DNA of 63,021 nucleotides, counting the filler, from Kipferlia bialata (lineage: Eukaryota): NCBI GenBank assembly GCA_003568945.1. It is 6 parts of 5 records of this genome, joined end to end, with 100 filler letters (N's around TTAATTAATTAA, not from the genome) between each part and the next. Parts side by side here need not be neighbours in the genome. Positions count along the whole stretch, not along the records: positions 47,697 to 55,783 come from BDIP01000464.1; positions 55,884 to 63,021 come from BDIP01000466.1; 4 more parts are not named here. One strand, given 5' to 3'. The translations under genes and the position numbers were made by a program. How positions within the stretch are numbered: position 1 is the stretch's first letter; each line of letters begins with the position of its first letter. Positions 47,794 through 59,640 of this stretch are shown piece after piece. The notes below the pieces were generated by a model that had not been told where the DNA came from, ran no database searches, and saw only the letters and a list, made by a program, of their open reading frames with translations.

Positions 47794-49108
47794 AGAGGAA
47801 GAAGGTCTTGAGGTCTCTGAAGCAGGCCAAGAAGGCCAACGACAAGAAGGCGGTCAAGAAGGCAGAGCAGAGCCTCACGTGCGTGGCATATATCGTTATA
47901 TACGTATACCTATATGCATCGATATCATCTATGTGTGAAAACACTCTATATACCCCACCCCCTGACCCCCCAGCTACCTAGACCACTTTCCCTTTGAGTC
48001 CCACAAGTACATCTCCCTGTTCGCCAAGAGAGAGACCGACGAGCAGAAGGAGAGCAGGAAAGGTACGGAGAGCATATGTATATGTCTATGTATATGTATA
48101 TAGTACATATACTAAACCATGTCACTCTCTCCCCCTACTAGTGCCTCTCCCCCCCCCCACCCCCAGCCATCATGAAGGAGATCAAGAAGAGCCAGGCTAC
48201 CAAGGACGCCATTGCGGTGGAGACCATCAGAACAAGGTGGGTCGGTATGGGTGTGAATTGGTGTATGTATATATATATGTCTGGCTCTACAGATGGGTAT
48301 GTCTATATGTGTGTGTACATAGTCTAGTCTCACCCCCAGGCTGGCTGCTGAGATGGACGCCAAGATACCCAGAGACGCAGACGGAAACAAGGTGGGTACA
48401 GTATATCTAACAGACTTGTTATATTTGCCGTGTCGTATTCGTATTCCCTTACCCATAGATAGTGAATCTATCCATCCATCTATGTAGATATATACATCCC
48501 CTCACCCCAGATAGTGAAGCCGAAGAAGGAGAAGGCCGAGAAGAAGGCCAAGAAGGGTAAGAAGAGCAAGGGGGCAGCCCAGGATATGCCCGACAGAGAG
48601 GTGGACAACAGCGTGACGGAGTCTGTGCCCTTTGAGGCATTGGAGGGGGTGCAGGAGGTGGACACACAGGTGGGGGGGTCACGTTGGTCATATGTATATA
48701 TACTACACTATATATGCATATATGATACCCGTACGTCCCTCCTCCCCCTCACCCCAGGCCCATGCGGCTCTGCTGGCCATGACCCATGGCAGTGACAGTG
48801 ACAGTGAGGGAGAGGATGGGGAGGACAGTGACGAGTCTGACATCGTCGATGAGAATGACATGAACGAGGCATCCCTAGACGATGACTTCTTCGGAGACGG
48901 GGAGGCAGAGGCAGAGGGGGAGGAGGCAGAGGTCGAGGAGTACAAGTACGTGCAGTGGTGTGTCAGTAGTATCATCTCACCCCTTTTCTCTCTCTCTCTC
49001 TCTCTCTCCCACCCCAGGTGCCACCTCCGGGACCATGATGCCAAGCAGAAGTTCCACAAGAGGAAGGCCAGAGAGGCCAGGGAGGCAGAGAGAAGGGAGA
49101 GGCGGTAG
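47794..49108 (+). CDS. EFG1: rRNA-processing protein Efg1-like, 5' truncated
   Basis: (E)RKKVLRSLKQ...YLDHFPFESHKYISLF, followed by an acidic tail with DDDFF. Confidence 0.6.
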
Positions 49109-49350
49109 AGAGAAGAGGGAAAGGATCGGGTGAGGGGCCAGGGGTGTTAGTAGAAACACTATGGGGCTCCCGACTGATCTGGTGTATTTAGTGTTTGTTT
49201 GTCGTTCCATGATGAAATGTTGCTTTGAATAGAGCGTGTTGCTTGTGTGGATGGATCGCGGGATTTCTTATGTATACCTCTCACAGTCTCTCTTCCTCTA
49301 TTCCTCAAACATGTCTAGTATCAGCCGGGTGCTAGATCTCTATCTATTCA

Positions 49351-49390
<40 letters not shown>

Positions 49391-49401
49391 CCCCCCCCCC
49401 T

Positions 49402-52400
49402 CTATGTGGTCATTACCAATGTGACCAGTGCCACCAGCACCAGGCTGAGTGTACCCATCAGTACTGCAGGCTCCACCCTGAAGGCACTGTCCATATCACC
49501 TAGTACAGCCAGGGTCTGGACCGCAAAGAGGTCAGAGGCAGAGCAGTCGCCGTCGGAGTCGCTGGCACACACTCTGACGGTGAGGGGGGGGGGGGGTAGT
49601 AAGAGTAAATATTGGATACACACAGCCCAGTATACATACACCCAGCCCCGCATACCTGATGGCATATCCATCTGATGCGGCCATCTCCTCTGGAAGCTCG
49701 TACTCGTAGGCCCCTGTGTTCTTGACCCCCTTGGCTATCCAGGCAATGTGCTGGTTGGCATTAAGGAGCTCAATGTCCACAAACTTGACACCGTACTCAG
49801 TCTTCCACCTGGGTGTGAGGGACAGTCATGGATATAGGTAGGTAGATATTAATATATACGTCTACACTGCCCCCCACCTAGCAGTGTATGTGTCTCCCAT
49901 CTGCCACTCCGTCTCCTCCCTGGGGTATGCTACTGTAACAGAGGACACCCCAATCGTGAAGATGCCAGAGTCGGCATAGTCCTGCGGTGAGGGGGAGGGG
50001 AAGGGAGGGTATGCATATATATATATATCCATCCATGTATACACATCCACTCACGATGGGGTATGAGTTGGCTGTCCTGATTCTGAACTTGTAGTTGTCC
50101 CCTGCATCCAGGTCAGAGGGCAGGGAAAGCACATACTCCCCGTTGTTGGGGGCATACGAGGCAAACTTCTTGGCCAGGATGTTGCCCTGACGGTGAGGGT
50201 CGTTTGTGGATATATATATATGGGGGTGACATGGCGTGTCAAGGCAACTGGATGACATCATATATGCACTGCATACCTTGTATAGCAGGACAGAGATGGT
50301 CACATCTGGGTCGGCTATGTTGGAGGTCCACCTGGGAGTCAGGGAGACACATTGATAAGGCATTGTCACCCCCCACATCCCCCGTACCTGAGTGTCATGA
50401 CATTCCCTGCCGACACCACTGTGTCAGCCGTGGGGTAGTACACAGCTAGGGGCTCGTCACTGGGAGGGGGGACAGGCACTGGGGTGAGTGGTAATGGTGA
50501 TACACGAGTGGTTTGAGGCTGAGAGAAACACTCTCAATCAATGGGTATACCACTAGTATATACAAGGGAAATTACACAAGTCAACTCACCCTCAGGCTCT
50601 GTAGGCTCTTCGGGCTCCGTAGGCTCTTCGGGCTCCGTAGGCTCCTCGGGCTCCGTAGGCTCTGGCGTTAGGAGTGACTGAACTAGTGAGTATAAAGAAT
50701 TGTTATACATATCAGAACGTATGCTACTCTGCAATACTTGACCTAGTATACTCAGAGGTTAAACGGTGGAATATGGATTGGTGTCGTAGTCTCACTGCAC
50801 TGGTCACTCACCCTCTGGCTCCGTTGGCTCCTCAGGCTCCGTGGGCTCCTCGGGCTCTGGGGTAAGCATGTAACAGCAACAGGCAATGTGTACATTCATG
50901 GAGAGTTGGTATACACATCAACTTGTAATCATTGAGGTATATATATACTATAGTATAGATACCTGTGGGCGTGAGCGGTGCTGGGGCGGGCAGGGGGTCT
51001 GTGGTGGGGAGGTCCACCCCCTCCACATGCACAAGGCCAGAGTCAGAGTAGTGGTAGGGCGAGGTGGTGGTCCTGGGGAGTAAGGAGAGGATGCTCATTG
51101 CAAGCTGAGGAATGGAATGGGGCACTAGATAGTAGATGGTGAACAATGCTCCCCCCACCTGATCCTGAGCCTCATGTCAGCCGATGGCTCTACATCTGTG
51201 GGCAGGGTCACTGTGTATCTGCCCAGTGCACTGGAGACTGTGTTGGCCAGGGTGCTGACTAGCTCATCGCCATGCCACAGCTGTGGTGAGAGGGATGAAC
51301 ACCCTACTATACAGATACATACACATATAGACGCACCTGGATAGTGAGTGTCTGGGCAGGTGAGAGGGACGACTCCCACTTGATCTCAGCTGGGGTCAGG
51401 ATCTTCCACTCAGTGTCTGACTCGGTCGAGGGCGAGGTCAGCCTGGGGTCAGTATCAGTATCAGGGGGAGAGGCTGCAGAGGTGTGACACACCCACACAC
51501 TGTATATACACCATGGATATACACCCCCTCACCTGAGGTCTGAGGAGGGGGATGCAGCTAGGGAGAAGGCCTCGCTGGTGACCCAGTCGTTGTCGTCAGC
51601 CCTGACCCTCACGGTGTACTTGTCGGACTCGGGGAGCGGTGAGTTGGACCCATCGGCCTGGGGCACAGAGGTGACCAGCATAGAGGCCACGGTATTGCCT
51701 GGGGGTTAGGGGCTAACAGAGTACTCTGATAGGGGATTGATAGTGCATATAGGGATAGTGGATAGTATACAGCCACGCACTCTTGGTGATGGTGGCAGGC
51801 TGCAGAGTCAGGGACCCGACAGCGGCACCAGAGAGAAGCAGGTCAGCCTGGGGGTCAGAGACATGTATATGGTAGCTGTACAAGCTGTGTAACTCTATCG
51901 TAACAGTACCCTATTATCCTAACCTTGAAGACTGTGGACGAGGAGAAGTACTCTCCTGTGACCTCTAGCACGGCAGGGCTGCCCTTGTTCCACACCTCAT
52001 ACTTGGCAGGCTCGGAGACCTAGTGGTCAGAGGGTGTGTACTGACTGGCAGTGTGTACACATACGATCCATACACAGCCACCCACCGACTTGATAGTGGC
52101 CTTGGCCCCAGAGACGGGTGTCTGGATCTCAAAGTCCCCGCTGCTGGCAAAGACCTTGGAGGCAATGTCTGTCACACGGATCGAGTAGTCATCGCTGGAG
52201 TGAGGGGGGAGACAACATGCAAAGAAGACTATATGAAAGAAGAAAAGCCGCACCTAGTCGCAGGGATGATGTTGGCTGGGGGTGTGTATGTGAGGCTGGA
52301 TGTGGTGATCTGGTCCGCCACTGTCACAACCACAGAGTTACCCAGGAGGAGCTCCACCTGGGGTCAAGGGATGTGTATGCATAGTAGTATACTAATGTAC

Positions 52401-55400
52401 ATGGGTAGAGGGAATAACAAATTGTTGCAAGCTAGAGAGACGCTACCAATACCTTGACTGCAGAACAGTTAGCCGACGAGAACCGGATGGTCTGGGGCTT
52501 GTCTGCTATCCACACAGATGTAGAGGTGGGGAGGGTCATGGAGAGGGTGCAGACTGGAGTGAATGGGTGTGAGAATATGGGTATATATATATATGCACAT
52601 AGGGTATAAGGGCTCACCTGCGGGTGTGTATGTGATGGCAAACATCCCACTGTCTCCGTACTCAGACACGACTGTAGGGTTGGACACCCTAATACTGGGG
52701 GTAAGAGGTGGGTATTAAATAGACACACGTGACAGGATAGGGTGGCAGACGGAGAGAGAGAGAGGCATGCCCTCACCAGTAGTCGGTGCCTGGATCCTGG
52801 GAGGTAGGGACAGTCCAGCCATAGGAGCCAGAGTTGGGAACGGTGCCTGAGGTCAATAATGGCTACATAGAGGACAACAATGACACAGCCACAGTGCACG
52901 TCTCACCTATCACCTCGGCCACCTTCCCTCCCTTGACTAGGGACAGAGTCACATTGGCCAGGGTAGGGCCGGCAACCTCCCACCTCAGGGGCACAGAGGA
53001 GCCAACCTCGTAACTAGACATCAGAGAGAGAGAGGGGGGGGGGCAAGAGAGTGTACAAGATAGGTCCCCGACCTTGCGTCCTTGGCCGGTGATGTGACGT
53101 CAATGTCCACCCCCGCCTTGTCCACAATGGAGATGGCACCGCTGGAGGCAGAGACGCTGGGGCTGGTGCCGTCAATGCTGACACGGATCTGGGGGTGAGG
53201 ATCAACCAGATCGGGTTGGTTCTGTTGTATCCCTGAAGATGTGGTTCTATGTGCATGCATACCTTGTAGGCAGAGGCCCCCAGAGGGGCATCGTCTGCAA
53301 TGGATATGGTGAATGAGCCTGTGTTCTCCGTGGCTCTGAAGGACATGACTGGGGGGTGAGGGGGGAGGGGTAAGGGATAGGGAGTGAGAGTGGCATCTAT
53401 ATGGGACAGCGATGAGCGTAGCAGTGTCAGACCCCACTCACTCTTGTTGTCGTTGTTGATCTGCACCAGGTCCACGGTCACAGCTGACACACTCCCAACG
53501 GTGGTGTACCTGGGGGTGAGGGGGTGGGGTAACATGGGTATTCTGTAGATACTATTGCACCCATGACCCCACTTACTTGACTGTGTAGGGCTCCCCCCTC
53601 TCCCACTCCGCCCCCTCCTTCGGCTCACTCACAGACACAGAGACAGGGGACGTGATGGTGAAGGCGTCAGAGGTGTCAGTGATCTTGGAGTCGGTGGCGC
53701 TGGGGGTGAGAGGGGATGAGGGTGATCAACTGCATAGATACGCAGTGTAGGTGAAGCACTACTAGATGTTGTGGATGTACCTCACAATCTTGATAGTGTA
53801 GTCCGAGCCCTGCTCTGCGTCTGACGGCACCGTGTAGTACTCCTGGCCGTCGTTGGTCCAGGTGCCAATGGTCTCGATGACCTTGCTGGGGGTCAGAGGT
53901 GCTGGCAACTAGGGAAGTCACAGAGAGAGGGAATAGTACAGTACCCCTATCCACCCAGCACGTACCCTCCCTTGAGCAGGTACACGGTCACCTTGTCACC
54001 CGTGTCACCCACAGTCTGCCATCTGGGGTTAGGGAGAGAGAGAGAGAGGTAGAGAGAGAGAGAGACTTCTTAAGACTATACACCACTCACGTCACGCTGA
54101 TCTTGGCGCCGGTTGATGCCACGCTCCCTGCCTTGGGGGACGTGATGGTGATGGACGTGTTGGCAGGGACCTCCCCACCGTCATCGTCATCCACGTCGGG
54201 GGGGGTCACACCACCAGTGTCCAGGTCTGCTGCGGCTATGATGGCCTCGATACCTGCCTCGTTCGTGCCCCTCCTGATCTTGAAGTACCCGTTCTCACCC
54301 CAGGACAGACCCCAAGAGTTGGCAACCAGCCAGTAGTCGACACCTCCCTCCGTGCCCCATCCCACGATGGACACAGCATGGCCACCCCTGGGTGTCAGTG
54401 CATAGTACACGGTATATAGGGAGAAGGGGGGACACAGTGTGACTGTAGACATAAGGGAGACCATCTGACCACATCCACCCATCCGTGCCTGTATGTGGTG
54501 CTGCTCTTGATGTACACACCACTCGAGTGCCCATAGAAGTCCCCGTAGATCTTCATCTGGGTGGACACAGGGCCGTTCTCGTAGATGTCGAGCATGACAT
54601 CCTCCTGGCATGAGGGAGGGAGGGACGTTAATATATGTATATATATAGAGAGAGAGAGGAAGAGAGAGAGAGATGCCATAGGGAATAGATGTATACGATG
54701 TATCAGCACGAATGCTACTCAGTTGGACACAAGTACACCAGGGTGCGGGATAGATGTCAAAGAACACACTGTATATATGCACTCTATGTATGTACCGGTG
54801 TGTTGGGCAGTCTGTAGTACGCCCCAGACTTGTATCTAGGCTTGGACTTGCCAGTGCTGGTGCACCCGTCGCTACAGTCCTGAGAGGGGTAGGGCCAGGT
54901 GATCCTGGGGTGAGGAGGCTGTAAGTGTACATGTTACAGCATGAATATATATTGAAGTGTGGAATATATATTGGAGACTCAGCTGTGACACTAGGATGGG
55001 AGAGAGAGAGAGAGAAAGAGCACCTGTGGTACTCGTAGGGCACACAGTCATCGGTAGTGAGTCCAGTTCCCTGGGTGTACTTGAAGGAACACAGGAAGTG
55101 ACCTGGGGGTAAGGTGAGAGAGAGAGGTACAATGGATAGACAGCCCAAGCAATAATGTTCCTGTTATCAATCACTGTACCTCCGCTGCATCCGTTGTTGG
55201 TGACTCCGTAGCAGCTGGTGTTGTCACACTCGACGAGGTCTCCATAGGAGAAGTCCATTGTCTTGCCGGTGGCCTGACACAGCCTGGCGGTGAGGGAAGG
55301 GGCGGGGTAGTATAAGCACATTTCAGACGGGGTAAGCAACGGCAGAATCGCTAGAGAGAGTACATACACCAAGTACACCATAGCAAGTACCTGGCCTGTA

Positions 55401-55705
55401 GGACATACTCGGTGGTCATGGCCCAGCAACATCCACAGGTGCCCTGGTCATTGAGGGCAGGGGCACAGGAGCTGGGGGGAGAGACAAAGGGGGGGGGGTG
55501 GAGAGAGAGAGTGTTGAGTCACACCCAGAGGATGAGATGATGAGGGGTGAGGGGTGACTGACCCAGACAGATATAGATACTCTCAGTAGAGGAGGTGTGG
55601 GGAGGGGAGGGAGGGAGTGACAGTAGGGACGGTACCTGTACTTCTCCACCCAGTTGAATGAGGTGGGCAGGTCTGCGGCAGTCAGCACGTGGTCGGGGTA
55701 CTCGG
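49402..55705 (-). CDS. Cathepsin B-like papain (C1A) protease fused to about 8 Ig-like (Kre9/KNH N-terminal-like) repeats with a C-terminal hydrophobic anchor, 5' truncated
   Basis: [42 protein letters not shown] and GYFKIRRG, then ~95-aa repeats (W..V.I.L..G...N.G.Y...P...Y.IRI...SG.F.I), ending [20 protein letters not shown]. Confidence 0.9.
50590..50860 (-). repeat. 18-nt coding minisatellite encoding a (PEEPTE)n linker across two exons
   Basis: Tandem ctccgtaggctcttcggg units on the + strand. Confidence 0.85.
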
Positions 55706-55783
55706 CTGGGGGTCAGAGAGAGAGAGAAGACGAAGATTGTGTAGGGGGGGGGGGGGGGGGGAAGAGAGGGCCTTTAAAAGCAG

Positions 55784-55883
55784 NNNNNNNNNNNNNNNNN
55801 NNNNNNNNNNNNNNNNNNNNNNNNNNNTTAATTAATTAANNNNNNNNNNNNNNNNNNNNNNNNNNNNNNNNNNNNNNNNNNNN
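55784..55883. other. Artificial contig spacer
   Basis: N pad plus TTAATTAATTAA. Confidence 0.97.
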
Positions 55884-55910
55884 GTGGTGGGGGGGGGGGG
55901 AGGGGGGGGT

Positions 55911-55945
<35 letters not shown>

Positions 55946-55997
55946 TACGTGACACTCATATATGTGAGCCGAACAGGGTAGCTTGGTGGTTACACAC

Positions 55998-57321
55998 CTT
56001 GCACACTATGCCGTTGACGATGTCGTGCAGGGGGGAGGTGCCTCCAATCACGCCCAGCAGCACACAGAGGAACTGGGCCTTGAACTCAACCTGATGTAAG
56101 AGGGGGGGGGGGGGGGAAAGGACTGACACGTAGAGGTATAGAGTATGCAATGAACACCAGACACAACTAATGGAATTGGAATCTGGATACCTTCTCAATC
56201 CCAGTGAACTTCTTGTCCGAGCCCTTGTTGTTGTGGAGCCTGATGACCTAGGGGTTAGGGGAGGTATTGTTACATATGATGACCTAGGGGGGGGGGGGGG
56301 TTATGGGGTATTGATACACAGGAAAACCAACTGCCACTCACCATTGTGCATCCGTTCTTGTTCTCCTCAGTCTCCCACTTAGGCTCAATGTCATTCTGGG
56401 GGTCAGAGGACGCAAGGGAATATATAGTACACATAATATATGCAGAAGAGAATAGCTAGATGCCCTGACACCCCCACCTTGAAGTAGTGGTAGGAGGCAT
56501 ACTGCACAGCCAGGTTGCCGATGGAGACAAGCCTGTCCATGAAGTGGTACAGGCACCAGAACTCCTCAACAGAGGACACAGATGTGACCTGGAAGGTCAG
56601 GGGAGCAGGGGAGAGAGACATGATAGACGGGGCAAATAGAGATGTCTTTGGGTCGCTGTTGAATGTAATTGTGATATCCAACACAAACACATTACCAATG
56701 TACACTCCTCAGTGAATACAAGTAAAAGAGTAAACATATGTATAGCAAACTTATGCCATGCTACCTTGTGAACGTTCTTGGCCCAGGACTCCTCACTAGT
56801 ACCCTGGCTCTTCTTGGACTTCTTGTTCTTGGGGATCTGATGAGTGAGTGAGGTGGCATCAATGGAAGAAAGCTATCAATGCAAGATGACCCAGTCAAGA
56901 CCGCTGGAATCCAGGAACAACTAGATACTGCTTCCCCAGAGAGAAAACGCCACAAACCTGGGTAGAGAAGGACAGGCTCCAGCTCTCTGATGGTGAGAGG
57001 GGGTGATAGACTAAAGAGAGCGAAGTGGAATACATAATGCAAGGTGTTGAGAACCACCGTACCTTGAAGCTTGAGCTGACTGAGGTCGAAGAGGTCTTCA
57101 TCACCCTCATCATCGACCTCAAGGTCATCTGACTCCCTTGGAGTCACAGGAGTAGCCTCCTTCTCAACCACAGGGGCGGAAACAGGGACGATAGCAGCCC
57201 CAAGCTTCTCCAGAGCGGGTATCTCGGCCTGTATCTCGGCTACATAGTCACTGGGTGTCTCTGAGACTGTAACCTCAGCCTCAGCACTCCCAGCAACGTC
57301 CACACACGACTCCTGACTCAT
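55998..57321 (-). CDS. EIF4E: Translation initiation factor eIF4E-like, 3' truncated
   Basis: LKLQESWSLSF, EESWAKNV, SSVEEFW, YHYFK.DIEPKWE, LLGVIG and VNGIV, after an acidic N-terminal extension. Confidence 0.85.
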
Positions 57322-57453
57322 GGTGTCGCTGAGAAGTATAGCTGACCTTGGCAGGATTATTATTATTCTATCCTTCAGGCGCTGGACCCTTATTGCTTAC
57401 TCAGAAAAAACTGATCTCAACGATGTGGTATGTATCAGCCTTTCGTGGACGCT

Positions 57454-58042
57454 ATGAGGGAGCTCAAGTTCCACGAGAAGGTAGTGGTCTCTGTATATTA
57501 CCCTTTTACACTCCATACTCACCCAGAAACTTCTCCGCAAAGTAAACCTCTATGAGTGGGGCAATGGCAGGAATGTGCGTGAGGCTGAGATTATGAGGAG
57601 GTACCACATTACCAAGCGCGAGGACCTTATGAACTACATGAAGGTCATTGGCAGGATCAGACACATGGTTCACAAGCTGAAGGAGCTGCCCCAGGATGAC
57701 GAGGTCAGGATCAAGCTGACCCAGGCCCTGCTGAAGAAGCTCTACGATATGGGCCTCACCCCTGCCCTGGCCACCAACCTCAAGGCAGCCGAGGACGTCC
57801 CAGCTTCTGCATTCGCTAGGAGGCGTCTGCCTGTTGTGATGGTGAAGCTGAAGATGGCCCAGAGAGTGGCAGATGCGTCCAAGTTTGTTGAGCAGGGTCA
57901 TGTGAGGGTGGGCCCCGTGACCACATCCAACCCATCAGCACACGTCCCGCGTGATATGGAGGACTACGTCACCTGGGTGAAGTCCTCTGCCATTAACAGG
58001 CGGATCCAGAAGTACAATGACCAGGTCGACGACTTTGAGTAG
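57454..58042 (+). CDS. IMP3: U3 snoRNP protein IMP3 (2 exons)
   Basis: MRELKFHEK|KLLRKVNL...LLKKLYDMG...AFARRRLPVVM...EQGHVRVG...MEDYVTW...DDFE*. Confidence 0.95.
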
Positions 58043-58303
58043 TGTTCCTGGGATCTCGCTGTCTGCCTGTTTGTTTCGGCTGATTGCCCTGTATTTTGTG
58101 TGTCAGTTGTTCTCGTTTTGTAATCATTCATTAAATGCAATGCCCTTCTTGAGAGGGGCCGTTCCTCGGTGTTGGTATGACCGGTTAGCCACGTAATAGG
58201 CCTATGTATCTGTCTCTGCACTCTACTATCCTGAAGAGTGCAAAAATGTGAAAGGGTCCGTGTCTTCCCTTCATGGCCCCACACACTCTTCAGGAGCTGT
58301 GCA

Positions 58304-59426
58304 ATGGGGGGCAAGTCAAAGTCCATTCAGTTCAGGCCACGTAAGCGCCAGAAGCTGGAGGAGGTCTTTGATTGTCCGTACTGCCGTGAGAACCTCACTG
58401 TGGTCATCAAGATCCTCAACAAGATACAGGAGGGGCATGTGCGTTGCAACGCATGCGGGCAGACATACAACACAGCAGTCGGAAGTGAGTATGTGTGGAT
58501 ATCGCTATTATAATACTTAGATGGGTGTATCTGTTTGGAGTGTCATCCATCATCTGACCCAAGAGTTTGACAAGCCCATCGATGTGTACATGACCTGGGT
58601 CGACCTGGTCCACGAGCTGCACACAGCTGCAGCTGCCCCTGTCAAGGCTCTGGACGACGACGAGGCCCTGGATGTGAGTCATGTGTGGACCTATATATCT
58701 ATATCTATATTTCCATCTCTCATGTTATCGTTTCTTCATATTTGTTCTAGTTTCATGTTGTCCTTGTCGTATATAGATCTAGTTAGCAGTGTCATCAGAA
58801 ATGTTGGTACAGGCAGGATTACCACATCCCGACTCCCAGGAGTGCTGTGACATCCCATTCTTCATCTCCAGTTCCTCTCCCTATGTGTATATCTCCTTTG
58901 CCCTCAGCCCCTCAGACCCCAGGACGACAGTGAGCTTGACTACGACAGACACAGCCAGGCAGAGGAGAGCGAGGGCCTAGGCGACGCCCCCGGCAGGACC
59001 TCCAACCTTGTGGTGGACTCTGAGTCTGAGGAGGAGACCCGGCCCCTGCCCCCTAGGATGGACAGCATAGAGAGAGAGAGGCACGAGGAGGTCGAGGACA
59101 GCGAGGGATACGACGTCAGAGAGCCAGCCTCTAAGAGGGCCCCTGAGAGTGACGACGAAGATGAGGATGAGGATGAGGATGATCTGAGGCCTGTGCCTAG
59201 CAGAGAGGGTGGTGGCAGGGGCAAGGGCATGATGCAGCCCAACCCAGAGAGCGAGAGGAAGAGGCAACGGCAGATAGAGAGGGAGGAGAGGGAGAGGGAG
59301 AGAGACAGGCACCGCAGCACAGGCATGGGCAAGGGTAAGGGCATGGCCAGGCAGATTCTGTTTGACCAGAGTGATGATGAGTCTGACGAGGAGAGCTCCC
59401 TGGGGGGGTACGACATCGACCAGTAG
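58304..59426 (+). CDS. ELF1: Transcription elongation factor Elf1 with a long acidic C-terminal extension (3 exons)
   Basis: KLEEVFDCPYC...CNACG...PIDVYMTWVD zinc ribbon. Confidence 0.9.
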
Positions 59427-59640
59427 ATGGGTGCCTGTATTTATATAGCAATAGGGGGCGGCAGGTGTCGGTACATGACACCGCCCCACATTTCAATAGA
59501 TGAGCCTGGATACTACTATGATCATGTACAACACACTCGATCTATCAGTCACACAGTATAATGAATACAATCATTGGGACACCCTAGTGCATAACTAGAA
59601 CATAGAAAGGAATTCGACACATACACTGCAGCTCCGGGTA

